A DNA stretch of 44,816 nucleotides from Pseudonocardiaceae bacterium (GTDB taxonomy: Bacteria; Actinomycetota; Actinomycetes; Mycobacteriales; Pseudonocardiaceae): NCBI GenBank assembly GCA_035252045.1, contig DATFDO010000196.1, positions 1-44,816 of the forward strand, read 5' to 3'. Each line of letters begins with the position of its first letter. Positions within the stretch are counted from its first letter, which is position 1. Both the position numbers and the translations under genes were made by a program. Positions 1-8,725 of the stretch are shown here, piece after piece. The notes beneath the pieces are model-generated. The model was not told where the DNA came from. It saw only the letters and a list, made by a program, of their open reading frames with translations, and made no database searches.

Positions 1-876
1 GCCTAGTTCGTCGCGAAAACCTTTCTGGATAGCGCGGACGCTCATCGCCACGTTGCGGGCGATGTCCTGCAGAGTGATCGGCTCGCTGAGATGGTGTTCG
101 ATGTAGTTGAGGGAGGCGCGAATCATCCGCCTGCCCGGATCCTGAGCAGGCATGGCGGTCCGGGACAGCTGCTCCTGATAGTTGGAGGGCTGGACCAGCG
201 CGAGACTGCTCATGATCAGTTCCTCGAGGGGGCCGATACCGTGGCCGCGCTGTAGCAGCGACCCTTGGTGGAACACCTCGGTGTGCACCAGTTGGACCGC
301 GGCGTGCCAGCGAACCGCAATGTCACTGAGCAGGTCCAGCTCAGGATCGAACACGATCGGCCGGGGCAGCGCGCGTCCCAGCAAGCGGGTTACGTGACGC
401 TCCAGGGCGTCCTGCTCGATTCTGATGACGAGTTGTGGAGAGTCATGGTCAAAGCGCATTATCAACACTTGGCCGGGGCTGGTGATCAGGGCCCGGGTTG
501 GGTTGCCTTCGTGCTCCTGACCATTGAGAGTGCACACGGCCCGGCCATTGGTCGGCATGTGTACGGCGAAATGCGATCCCGTCCGCGGAATCTCCAGTAT
601 TGCCGCGATATTGAGATCCAGGTAGAGCATGCTCACTTCGCGCATGCGGACGCCGTGCAGGCTAGCCGCGAACCGCTGGGAGTCGAGTTTTCCGAGGGTG
701 AGTCGACCTGGCGACAGCGCCTTGCCGATCAAGTCTGCGGCCTCTACGGGATCTTCGGTGTAAAAGATCTCATGGTTTCCTAAAGCTGGCGGAACGCCAC
801 GGGACCGTACCCGTCGTCGCACCGGGTTCATGGTGCGGCGGGCGTCGATGAAACCGCGATTGGCCAGTCGGGACAT
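1..876 (-). CDS. AraC/XylS-family transcriptional regulator (partial; C-terminus runs off the left edge)
   Basis: My own minus-strand translation from the ATG at 874-876 gives MSRLANRGFIDARRT... and stays open to position 1. It ends ...RMIRASLNYIEHHLSEPITLQDIARNVAMSVRAIQKGFRDELG, which is the first HTH of an AraC-type domain. It is absent from the ORF track because no stop lies inside the window. Confidence 0.8.
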   Translation of the reverse strand, partial: MSRLANRGFIDARRTMNPVRRRVRSRGVPPALGNHEIFYTEDPVEAADLIGKALSPGRLTLGKLDSQRFAASLHGVRMREVSMLYLDLNIAAILEIPRTGSHFAVHMPTNGRAVCTLNGQEHEGNPTRALITSPGQVLIMRFDHDSPQLVIRIEQDALERHVTRLLGRALPRPIVFDPELDLLSDIAVRWHAAVQLVHTEVFHQGSLLQRGHGIGPLEELIMSSLALVQPSNYQEQLSRTAMPAQDPGRRMIRASLNYIEHHLSEPITLQDIARNVAMSVRAIQKGFRDELG

Positions 877-1293
877 GGTCAGCGACCGCTCTCGGCGTCA
901 CCCGATGTCCATCCCCAGCGGCTGTGATCGGTAGCTCGATGGTCCCTAGCGGCTGGCGTTGACCCGTCCTCGGCTCCCATATCTCATGCCCTTCATGTCG
1001 CTGCGCTGCTGCGTCAGCGCTGTGCGCGATCCTGACAGCGCGTGCGCCTGGAAGATAGGCAGCCGACGCTGTGCGGTCTAGCCTGTGAGCTAGCTTACTT
1101 TGCGGACTCTTCTTCTGAGGAGGTTTTCGTGATCACCGACGGTTCGTTCATCACGCTGCCTCCACTGGGTATTGCGGTGTCCGGTTGCAGGGGACTGAGG
1201 GCTTCCTTGCGCTCATCGAGCTACTCAGTCACGCCCAGATCCTTGCGTTGACGTCGGGGCTGTCAGACGGTCCTGTCCCTGAGAGGAGACCCG

Positions 1294-2265
1294 ATGGCGT
1301 CCGTGCTGTGGTTCCAAGGGGGAGCCTGCAGTGGCAACACCATGTCATTTCTGAATGCCACTGAACCTAACGTCGTCGACCTGATCACGGACTTCGGGCT
1401 GGACTTGTTGTGGCACCCCTCACTCGGCCTTGAGCTGGGTCGCAACGCGCAGAAGCTGTTCTGGGATTGCGCACGGGGTGTCCGGCCGCTGGACATCTTT
1501 ATCCTCGAGGGGACCGTGATCAAGGGCCCATACGGCAGTGGCCGGTTCGACATGTTCGCTGATCGACCGATGAAGGACTGGGTCACCGACCTTGCGGCGG
1601 CCGCGCAGATTGTCGTGGCGATCGGCGACTGTGCCAGCTGGGGAGGCATTCCCGCGACGGCGCCGAACCCATCGGACTCCACGGGTCTGCAATTCCATAA
1701 GCGGGAGCGGGGCGGATTTCTTGGCGCGGACTTCCGGTCCAAAATGGGACTTCCGGTGATCAACATTCCCGGCTGTCCGGCGCACCCGGATTGGATCACG
1801 CAGATCCTTGTCGCGTTGGCCACCGGCCGCGCTGGGGATATCGCGCTCGACGAATTGCACCGTCCGCAGACATTCTTCAAGACGTTCACCCAGACCGGCT
1901 GCACCCGGGTGCAGTACTTCGAGTATAAACAGGGAACCACGTCCTTCGGCGAAGGGACTCGTAAGGGTTGCCTGTTCTATGAGTTCGGCTGCCGTGGTCC
2001 GATGACCCATTCTCCGTGCAACCGGATCCTGTGGAACCGGCAGTCCTCCAAAACCCGAGTCGGAATGCCGTGCACTGGCTGCACCGAGCCCGAGTATCCA
2101 TTCTTCGATCTCGCACCGGGGACCGTGTTCAAGACGCAGAAGGTCAGTGGTGTCGTGCCCAAGGAGGTCCCGGAAGGCAACGACCACCTCACCTACATGG
2201 CCCATGCTGCGGCCGCCCGGATTGCCGCACCCCAGTGGTCTAAGGAGGACATGTTCGTGGTCTGA
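1294..2265 (+). CDS. [NiFe]-hydrogenase small subunit, Huc-like (group 2a-type), no Tat signal
   Basis: The protein starts directly at MASVLWFQGGACSGN (proximal-cluster motif) with no twin-arginine leader. It carries GDCASWGG and PGCPAHPDW, plus Cys-rich distal ligands (GCRGPMTHSPCN, GMPCTGCTEPEYPFF). An SD sequence GAGAGGAG lies just upstream of the ATG. Confidence 0.93.
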   Translation: MASVLWFQGGACSGNTMSFLNATEPNVVDLITDFGLDLLWHPSLGLELGRNAQKLFWDCARGVRPLDIFILEGTVIKGPYGSGRFDMFADRPMKDWVTDLAAAAQIVVAIGDCASWGGIPATAPNPSDSTGLQFHKRERGGFLGADFRSKMGLPVINIPGCPAHPDWITQILVALATGRAGDIALDELHRPQTFFKTFTQTGCTRVQYFEYKQGTTSFGEGTRKGCLFYEFGCRGPMTHSPCNRILWNRQSSKTRVGMPCTGCTEPEYPFFDLAPGTVFKTQKVSGVVPKEVPEGNDHLTYMAHAAAARIAAPQWSKEDMFVV

Positions 2266-2303
2266 CACCACAGGCTCCCACCACTGGAGAAAGGAACGAC
2301 TAC

Positions 2304-3911
2304 ATGCCCGTGATCGACCTTTTCGTAAGCCCGCTGGGGCGGGTCGAGGGCGACCTCGATGTGCGAGTCACCGTCGAGGACGGGGTCGTCACCTCCGCCT
2401 GGACGGAGGCTGCCATGTTCCGGGGTTTCGAGATGATCCTGAAGGGCAAGGACCCCCAGGCCGGTCTCATCGTCACACCGCGCATCTGTGGCATCTGCGG
2501 CGGCAGCCACCTGTACAAGGCTGCTTACGCGCTGGACGTTGCGTGGCGGACTCTGGTACCACCCAACGCCACGTTGATCCGCAACATCGGCCAGGCCTGC
2601 GAGACGATGCAGAGCATCCCGCGGTACTTCTACGCACTGTTCGCGATCGACCTGACCAACAAGAACTACGCACGCTCGCCTCTCTATGACGAAGCGGTTC
2701 GCCGTTTTGCGCCCTACGTGGGCACCAGCTACGCCCCCGGTGTGGTGTTCTCTGGCAAGCCGGTAGAGGTCTATGCGATCTTCGGCGGTCAGTGGCCACA
2801 TTCCAGCTTCATGGTGCCCGGCGGTGTCATGTGCGCACCAACGCTGTCGGACGTCACCCGCTCCATCGCAATTTTGGAGAACTGGAGGAACAACTGGCTG
2901 GAGAAGCAGTGGCTGGGCTGCTCGGTCGAGCGCTGGCTGGAAAACCGCACCTGGACCGATGTGCTTGCCTGGGTCGATGAGAACGAGTCGCAGCGTAACA
3001 GCGATTGCGGGTTCTTTATTCGATATTGCATGGACATTGGTTTGGACTCCTACGGAGCCGGCGTGGGCAACTACCTGGCGACCGGTACCTATTTCGACCC
3101 CTCGATGTATGAGAATCCGACAATTGAGGGCCGCAATGCGGCGCTCATCTGCCGGTCCGGGGTGTACGTCGATGGGCGATGGTCGGAATTCGACCAAGCT
3201 CGCGTCCGCGAGGACGTGACCCACTCCTTCTACCGAGGCACCACGGCGCGCCATCCGTTCGATGGTGAGACCAGGCCGATCGACCCGGAGGTCGGGCGGC
3301 GCCAGGGTAAATACAGTTGGGCCAAATCCCCCCGCTACGACGTTCCTGGGCTCGGCCACATACCTCTGGAAGCGGGTCCACTGGCTCGCCGGATCGCGGC
3401 CGGCGCACCAAACGCAGCTGCCCACCAGGATTACGACCCCTTGTTCGTCGACATGGTTGAGAACATCGGCCCTTCGGTGATGGTCCGCCAGCTTGCCCGG
3501 ATGCACGAGGCTCCGAAGTACTACAGCTGGACGCGAAGTTGGCTAGATCAGCTGGACCTGCATGAAACCTTCTATGTCAAGCCGGTTGAACACGAGTGGG
3601 GCCGCGGGTTCGGTTCGACGGAAGCCGCTCGAGGCTCCCTGTCCGACTGGATCGTGATCGAGGATGGCAAGATCGCGAACTACCAGGTGGTCACTCCGAC
3701 CGCGTGGAATATCGGGCCCCGTGACGGTGCCCAGCTGCTGGGGCCAATCGAGCAGGCGCTGGTCGGCTCCCCGGTTCACGATCCGGAAGATCCGGTGGAA
3801 GTCGGGCATGTTGCCCGCAGCTTCGACTCCTGCCTGGTCTGCACCGTGCACGCCTACGACGGCAAGACCGGCCGTGAGCTCAGCAAGTTCGTCGTCGGCG
3901 GGACAGTGTGA
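2304..3911 (+). CDS. [NiFe]-hydrogenase large subunit, Huc-like (group 2a-type)
   Basis: 535 aa. The N-terminal Ni-Fe ligand motif is RICGICGGSH and the C-terminal motif is DSCLVCTVH. The latter is followed by a 19-aa tail (AYDGKTGRELSKFVVGGTV) of the kind removed by the maturation endopeptidase. Size and motifs fit Huc/group 2a better than the roughly 600-aa group 1h enzymes. Confidence 0.93.
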   Translation: MPVIDLFVSPLGRVEGDLDVRVTVEDGVVTSAWTEAAMFRGFEMILKGKDPQAGLIVTPRICGICGGSHLYKAAYALDVAWRTLVPPNATLIRNIGQACETMQSIPRYFYALFAIDLTNKNYARSPLYDEAVRRFAPYVGTSYAPGVVFSGKPVEVYAIFGGQWPHSSFMVPGGVMCAPTLSDVTRSIAILENWRNNWLEKQWLGCSVERWLENRTWTDVLAWVDENESQRNSDCGFFIRYCMDIGLDSYGAGVGNYLATGTYFDPSMYENPTIEGRNAALICRSGVYVDGRWSEFDQARVREDVTHSFYRGTTARHPFDGETRPIDPEVGRRQGKYSWAKSPRYDVPGLGHIPLEAGPLARRIAAGAPNAAAHQDYDPLFVDMVENIGPSVMVRQLARMHEAPKYYSWTRSWLDQLDLHETFYVKPVEHEWGRGFGSTEAARGSLSDWIVIEDGKIANYQVVTPTAWNIGPRDGAQLLGPIEQALVGSPVHDPEDPVEVGHVARSFDSCLVCTVHAYDGKTGRELSKFVVGGTV

Positions 3912-4468
3912 GCAGGACGGAGGAGGGATTGCGCGTGGCCACCCGGTACGAAGATCAGGTGGACGAACCCCGGCACCCGGCGTGCGAGGTCCTGGTCGTT
4001 GGATGCGGCAACCTCCTCCGTGGTGATGATGGGGCAGGTCCGGTTTTGATTCGCCAGCTCTGGGAGACCTCTCTTCCGGACGGTGCTCGCCTGGTCGACG
4101 GTGGCACTGCGGGGATGGAAGTGGCATTCCAAATGCGCGGCGCCCGCCGGGTCGTCCTGATCGATGCGAGCCATACCGGTGCGGAGCCGGGCACGATCCA
4201 CCGTGTACCGGGTCCCGAGCTCGAGGAGTTACCTCAGCTGAATGGTATGTACTCGCATTCCTTCCGTTGGGACCACGCGCTGGCGTTGGCCCGCTGGTTG
4301 CTCAAGGACGAATACCCCGACGACGTCACTATCTTTCTGATCGAAGCGCAGTGCACAGATCTCGGCGCGGAGATCACCCCGCGAGTTCGGGAAGGTATGA
4401 ACACGGTGATCTCGCTGATCGAGGGCGGCTGGCTGGCTCCGCTGCGTTCCGGGATGTGCTCGCTATGA
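3908..4468 (+). CDS. hydrogenase maturation endopeptidase (HupD/HyaD/HybD family)
   Basis: Contains VLVVGCGNLLRGDDGAGP and DGGTAG motifs. The GTG start overlaps the large-subunit stop (GTGA). The N-terminal 25 aa are uncertain; a later GTG near 3958 is an alternative start. Confidence 0.85.
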   Translation: MSRTEEGLRVATRYEDQVDEPRHPACEVLVVGCGNLLRGDDGAGPVLIRQLWETSLPDGARLVDGGTAGMEVAFQMRGARRVVLIDASHTGAEPGTIHRVPGPELEELPQLNGMYSHSFRWDHALALARWLLKDEYPDDVTIFLIEAQCTDLGAEITPRVREGMNTVISLIEGGWLAPLRSGMCSL

Positions 4469-4740
4469 CTGACGAGGTGATTCGACGGTTCGAGGACTGC
4501 GGGAGCGACAGCTCAGCACGGAACGGTCAATCGGCTGGTGCCGCGGACAATGCGCTCGGTGTCGACACTCTCGTCTACCTGGAAAAGGGTCGGTGGGCGG
4601 TCGACATCAGTGTCCTGTTCCGTGACGGTGTGGTGCGCCACCGAATCGAGACGTACCCGACCAAGAAACGTGCCGAAATCAGTGCCCGGCTTATCAAGCG
4701 CGCTGCAGAACGTGATTTGCGGGGACCGTTGTATGGCTGA
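4465..4740 (+). CDS. small hypothetical protein of the hydrogenase operon (91 aa)
   Basis: Starts at an ATG in an ATGA overlap with the protease stop: MTDEVIRRFEDCGSD...RAAERDLRGPLYG. I trimmed it from track ORF 4267-4740, whose 5' part overlaps the protease gene. I recognise no family. Confidence 0.6.
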   Translation: MTDEVIRRFEDCGSDSSARNGQSAGAADNALGVDTLVYLEKGRWAVDISVLFRDGVVRHRIETYPTKKRAEISARLIKRAAERDLRGPLYG

Positions 4741-6010
4741 ACTCATGACCGTTGACGCCGGGGCGGGCGTGGCACTAGTCGTACGGCCCCAACCGATCGG
4801 GGTCTTCCCGCTCCCGGCTGGATACCTACTCATCCCTGCTGGCGAGGACACCGAGCCCGCCCGGCGTGCCCTGCTTTCCGGTCACCTTCCTGAGCAGTGG
4901 CCGCCGGCGCTGCGGGCCCACCAGTTGGCGTGGGCCGGCGAGCTGGACGCCGCCATGGCGGCACTGCCGGAAACGGATCCGGTGGCGCGCTACAACCGAT
5001 TTGTCATCAATCCGGGTATTGAAGAACCTGCCACGGTGCGGCGCGGGCTGGGGCCCGATCTCGCCGTCCTGGTCGACCTGGTCTGCTTCGTACTCGGCCG
5101 CAGCGATAACCCACCGGAGCTCGGCACGGCCGACGGTGAGCTGGCCGCGCTCGTATTGGCCGCGCACGCCACCCAGGCGGTCAGCGCCGGTGATATCCCC
5201 AAGGCCTTGAGGTTGCTCGCCGAAGCTGTCGAGCACGCGAATGGCGTTGCCAAGCCGCTGGCTGGAGTCCTCCTCGGGGCAGCAGCATCGATACGTAAGG
5301 ATGCGCAAGGCTCCGCGGCCGACGTGATCAGCACGCTCGAACGTGCCCTGGGCCTGCTCAAGGACACCCACCTGCACGTCGCGAAAGCAGAATTGCACCT
5401 CACTCTCGCGTCGACACTGCATGAGCTGGCCGGCGAGAGTAGTGAGCTGCTGGCAGCCGCCGTCAAGCACTACCACAGCGTGCTGCAGCTGGTCACTGCT
5501 GACCAGGCTCCCGACGTGTTCGCCGCTGCACACGCCAACCTCGCCGCCGCCTACCTCGCCATGCCCATGGTGCAGGCATCTGACCAGCTCCGGACGGGAA
5601 TCGCGGTGCAGTCGTTGCGGGCGGCCCTGAGCGTCTACCGCCCTGAGACCCACCCGCAGCGCTGGGCGAGCGCGCAGCTCAACCTCGCCAATGCGCTGGT
5701 TTACCTGCCGTCCAAACATCAGGGCGATAATCTCGTGGAAGCAATCGAGCTGTACGAGACGGTGCTCGAGCTTCGCGACCGAGAAACCGACCCACTCGGG
5801 CGGGCGCGGGTACTGGCAAACCAAGGTAACGCGCTGGCCCATCTCGGAATCTTCGACCACGCGAAAGCTAAGCTGCACGAGGCGCGCTTCCTCTTTGAAG
5901 AATTCGAAGAAGTCGACGCGGTGCGAACAGTCCGCAATGTGCTTGATGAGATAGCTCGCCAAAGCATTCTCGCCGAAACCGGTAAATTAAGAGAAATGAC
6001 AGAAAAGTAA
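4733..6010 (+). CDS. TPR-like helical-repeat protein (hydrogenase-operon associated)
   Basis: 425 aa from the ATG at 4733, an 8-nt overlap with the upstream stop. It has repeated Ala/Leu-rich helix pairs with TPR-like signatures (HANLAAAYLAM, QLNLANALVYL, LANQGNALAHLG). Trimmed from track ORF 4538-6010. Confidence 0.7.
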   Translation: MAELMTVDAGAGVALVVRPQPIGVFPLPAGYLLIPAGEDTEPARRALLSGHLPEQWPPALRAHQLAWAGELDAAMAALPETDPVARYNRFVINPGIEEPATVRRGLGPDLAVLVDLVCFVLGRSDNPPELGTADGELAALVLAAHATQAVSAGDIPKALRLLAEAVEHANGVAKPLAGVLLGAAASIRKDAQGSAADVISTLERALGLLKDTHLHVAKAELHLTLASTLHELAGESSELLAAAVKHYHSVLQLVTADQAPDVFAAAHANLAAAYLAMPMVQASDQLRTGIAVQSLRAALSVYRPETHPQRWASAQLNLANALVYLPSKHQGDNLVEAIELYETVLELRDRETDPLGRARVLANQGNALAHLGIFDHAKAKLHEARFLFEEFEEVDAVRTVRNVLDEIARQSILAETGKLREMTEK

Positions 6011-6015
6011 GAGAT

Positions 6016-6375
6016 GTGGATGCCTACCTCCGTCAACAGTTTGACGTTCTGCTGCTCACCGCCGCAGATCGCTTTACCGAGCGCATCGTCCAGCGCTGTG
6101 GGGGTTACCGCAATGCGCAGCAGCAGCTGCGCATCGACCCGGATGGGCCGGGAAGCTGGCTGTCCGAGTTCGTCGACGCCGTTTTCACCGAATCTTGCCT
6201 TGACGATGTGGCGGGGGCGTGCTTCGTGCTACAGGCCGCCCCGAAACAGAACGTCAACATCCAGAGTGAGGCAACCGTGACTGACGTTGCGCTGGCCCTC
6301 GCCAAGGACGTATTTACCACGCTGCTTCTGACGAAAGTCATCGAAGCGCTGGATCGGGCTGAGCGCTACGGATGA
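6016..6375 (+). CDS. hypothetical protein of the hydrogenase operon (119 aa)
   Basis: GTG start 6 nt after the upstream stop, with high third-position GC. It ends 10 nt before the next gene. The competing frame 6014-6280 looks worse in codon usage. Confidence 0.55.
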   Translation: MDAYLRQQFDVLLLTAADRFTERIVQRCGGYRNAQQQLRIDPDGPGSWLSEFVDAVFTESCLDDVAGACFVLQAAPKQNVNIQSEATVTDVALALAKDVFTTLLLTKVIEALDRAERYG

Positions 6376-6385
6376 GGAGACTTCG

Positions 6386-7291
6386 ATGACCACCACAAAA
6401 CGACGGAGCAGCCGGGCAAGCCCCGGACGCGAACCTGCTTTCGAGGAACTCGCCAAACGGGTGGACGAGGCGGTGCGCCGGATCACAACCCTCACCGGCG
6501 CGTCAAAGCAGGCTGCCGAGGAACTCAAAGACGCCATCGAGGCGATACACCGGGCCGGCCTGATGGTCATCGTCCGCCGGATGCGCCAAGACGAGCGGGC
6601 CAAGGAATTGCTCTTCGAGCTGGTGGATGACCCGGTGGTACACCTGCTGCTGTCGCTGCACGGGATCATCAGACCGGGAGTGATTACCGAGGCGAGGCGC
6701 GTCTTGGACGGGGTGCGCCCTACGTTGCGGTCCCATGGTGGGGACGTCAAGCTGGTGCTGGTTGATGACGGCGTGGCCTACGTCCGCCTGCTCGGTGCAT
6801 GCGAGGGTGGCTCGCGGGCGGCTGTGACGATGCGTACGAGTGTCGAGGAAGCGCTGATCAACAACGTCCCGGCGATCACCTCTGTCGAAGTCGTCCCGCC
6901 TGAGCCCGCCACCACGCTCATCCCCCTAGACACCGTGCGGGCTGGAGCGGGTCAGCTGGGCGCAGGCTGGGTGCGGACCCATCCGGTCGAGGAGATCCCC
7001 GAGGGGGAGATCACGCTGATGGAGCTGGTCACCAGCGGCGGGAAAGAAACCGAAGTTATCGTCGTGCGGCTGGGTGATCAGCTGACCGCTTACCTGAACG
7101 CCTGCGCCCACCAGGGCCTGCCACTCGAAGCGGCCTTACTGGATACCGAGGCGCAGACTTTGACCTGCCAATGGCACGGCTTCTGTTTCGACGCGGTCTC
7201 CGGCGAGTGCCTGAGCTCCCCGGCCATGCAACTGGAACAGCTCCCGCTACGGATCGAGCACGGCCACGTCTGGATCAGGGTAGAAACATGA
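6386..7291 (+). CDS. NifU(Nfu)-like domain / Rieske [2Fe-2S] domain fusion protein
   Basis: The central region HGGDVKLVLVDDGVAYVRLLGACEGGSRAAVTMRTSVEEAL resembles a NifU C-terminal domain. The C-terminal region carries Rieske ligands CAHQG...CQWHGFCFD. Confidence 0.8.
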   Translation: MTTTKRRSSRASPGREPAFEELAKRVDEAVRRITTLTGASKQAAEELKDAIEAIHRAGLMVIVRRMRQDERAKELLFELVDDPVVHLLLSLHGIIRPGVITEARRVLDGVRPTLRSHGGDVKLVLVDDGVAYVRLLGACEGGSRAAVTMRTSVEEALINNVPAITSVEVVPPEPATTLIPLDTVRAGAGQLGAGWVRTHPVEEIPEGEITLMELVTSGGKETEVIVVRLGDQLTAYLNACAHQGLPLEAALLDTEAQTLTCQWHGFCFDAVSGECLSSPAMQLEQLPLRIEHGHVWIRVET

Positions 7292-8433
7292 CTGAGACCC
7301 TGCTGACCAGTCAGCCAGCCGACGTCGCCGGCGGGTGGGTACCAGACTGCTGGCTCGGGGCACCGTCACCGGGAGGCCTAGCATTGCCGGCCGCGCAGCC
7401 GACGCTGTCGTGGCTGTACGGACCGCGCGGTGTGTACCTCGACAATGACCACCTGGTGGTGGCGGACTCGGGTAACCACCGTGTGCTGGTGTGGCATGGA
7501 GTGCCCGAACGCGACGAGCAGCCCGCCGACCTGGTACTCGGTCAGCCCGATCCGGTCAGTGAAGGTCCGGCGGCTGGTGGCCGCGGACCCGAGCGTGGGA
7601 TGCACCTGCCCACCGGGGTGCTGGTGCACGACGGTGCCCTGCTGGTCGCCGATGCATGGCATCACCGAATCCTGATCTGGGACGAGGTTCCGCAGCGCGG
7701 TGACCAGCAGCCCGACCGGGTGCTCGGCCAACCCGACATCTCCTCTGTGGAACCTAATCGGGGCGGACAAACCAGCGGCTGCTCGATGTATTGGCCATTC
7801 GGTATTGGTGTCGTCGCGGGCTGGTTCTACGTCGCGGACACCGGCAACCGGCGGGTGCTTGGCTGGGCAGGCGGCGTACCTGCTTCGGCCGATGTCCCCG
7901 CGGATCTGGTTCTCGGCCAAGCAGACCCGTTTCACCGGGAGGAGAACCGTGGCGGCGAGGTCGGCCCGGACAGCTTTCGCTGGCCGCACGCGGTCACCGG
8001 CGATGCCGATGTGTTCCTGGTGGCAGATGCGGGTAACCATAGAGTGCTGGGTTGGCGGTTCCCGCTGCATGCGGATCGCAAGGCAGATCTGCTGCTCGGG
8101 CAGGACGACATCCACTCGGCTGTGGAGTTTCCCTATGCGCCGCAACGGGGCGACCGTTTCCGGTTTCCGTACTCGGCCGCCGTGGATGCCGGTCGGCTGG
8201 CCATCACGGACACCGGGAACAACCGGGTGCTGATGTGGGACGGCGTGCCCACCGCTGGTCGCGAGGCGGACGCTGTGCTCGGCCAGCACTCGCTGCGGAC
8301 CAACGGCGAGAACCGCTGGTCGAGCGTGGCGCGCGACACGCTGTGCTGGCCGTACGGAGTGTCGCTACTTGGTGATCGGCTGGCAGTGGCCGACACCGGG
8401 AACAACCGAGTCACAGTCTGGCGGAGGCGTTGA
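7288..8433 (+). CDS. NHL-repeat six-bladed beta-propeller protein
   Basis: ATG in an ATGA overlap with the upstream stop. There are six repeats of the D-x-G-N-x-R-V-L-x-W type: DSGNHRVLVW, DAWHHRILIW, DTGNRRVLGW, DAGNHRVLGW, DTGNNRVLMW, DTGNNRVTVW. No signal peptide is visible. Trimmed from track ORF 7171-8433. Confidence 0.85.
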   Translation: MTETLLTSQPADVAGGWVPDCWLGAPSPGGLALPAAQPTLSWLYGPRGVYLDNDHLVVADSGNHRVLVWHGVPERDEQPADLVLGQPDPVSEGPAAGGRGPERGMHLPTGVLVHDGALLVADAWHHRILIWDEVPQRGDQQPDRVLGQPDISSVEPNRGGQTSGCSMYWPFGIGVVAGWFYVADTGNRRVLGWAGGVPASADVPADLVLGQADPFHREENRGGEVGPDSFRWPHAVTGDADVFLVADAGNHRVLGWRFPLHADRKADLLLGQDDIHSAVEFPYAPQRGDRFRFPYSAAVDAGRLAITDTGNNRVLMWDGVPTAGREADAVLGQHSLRTNGENRWSSVARDTLCWPYGVSLLGDRLAVADTGNNRVTVWRRR

Positions 8434-8473
8434 CCCGCGCCGCCAGGTGCACACCGGAGAGGAGGACAAACCA

Positions 8474-8725
8474 ATGTGCTTTGGCATTCCAAGCAGGATC
8501 ACCGAGGTCTGGGATGAAGGCGGTACCCGGATGGCGAACGTGGACGCGGTCGGCGAGATCCGCCGGGTATGCCTCGCCTACCTGCCCGATCTTGTAGTGG
8601 GTGACTACACGGTGGTGCACGCCGGTTTCGCCCTGAACCGGTTGGACGAGGGAACGGCATTGGCGACCTTGGCCATGATGCGCGAGCTCGCGGTGATCAC
8701 CGACAGTGCTGGGGGGCAGCTGTAA
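8474..8725 (+). CDS. hypC: hydrogenase assembly chaperone HypC/HupF family
   Basis: Has the N-terminal MCFGIP signature (essential Cys2) and VGDYTVVHAGFAL; 83 aa. An SD sequence GGAGAGGAGGA lies upstream. Trimmed from track ORF 8369-8725. Confidence 0.9.
   Translation: MCFGIPSRITEVWDEGGTRMANVDAVGEIRRVCLAYLPDLVVGDYTVVHAGFALNRLDEGTALATLAMMRELAVITDSAGGQL

Noticed and set aside
1042-1128. The longer version (69 aa) of the leader ORF upstream of the hydrogenase small subunit.
   Set aside because: The GTG at 1042 has no SD. Only the internal GTG at 1129 has one, so the shorter form is reported as a low-interest finding instead.
2193-3506. 437-aa minus-strand ORF antisense to the hydrogenase large subunit. 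Similar long antisense ORFs occur at 1420-2271, 4826-5962, 12001-12957, 19331-20182, 34645-35331, 35962-37248, 37417-38454, 39727-40758 and 41485-42981.
   Set aside because: These are typical shadow ORFs of high-GC DNA. They have Arg/Pro/Gly-rich low-complexity products and no recognisable motifs. Each overlaps a gene with clear family signatures on the other strand.
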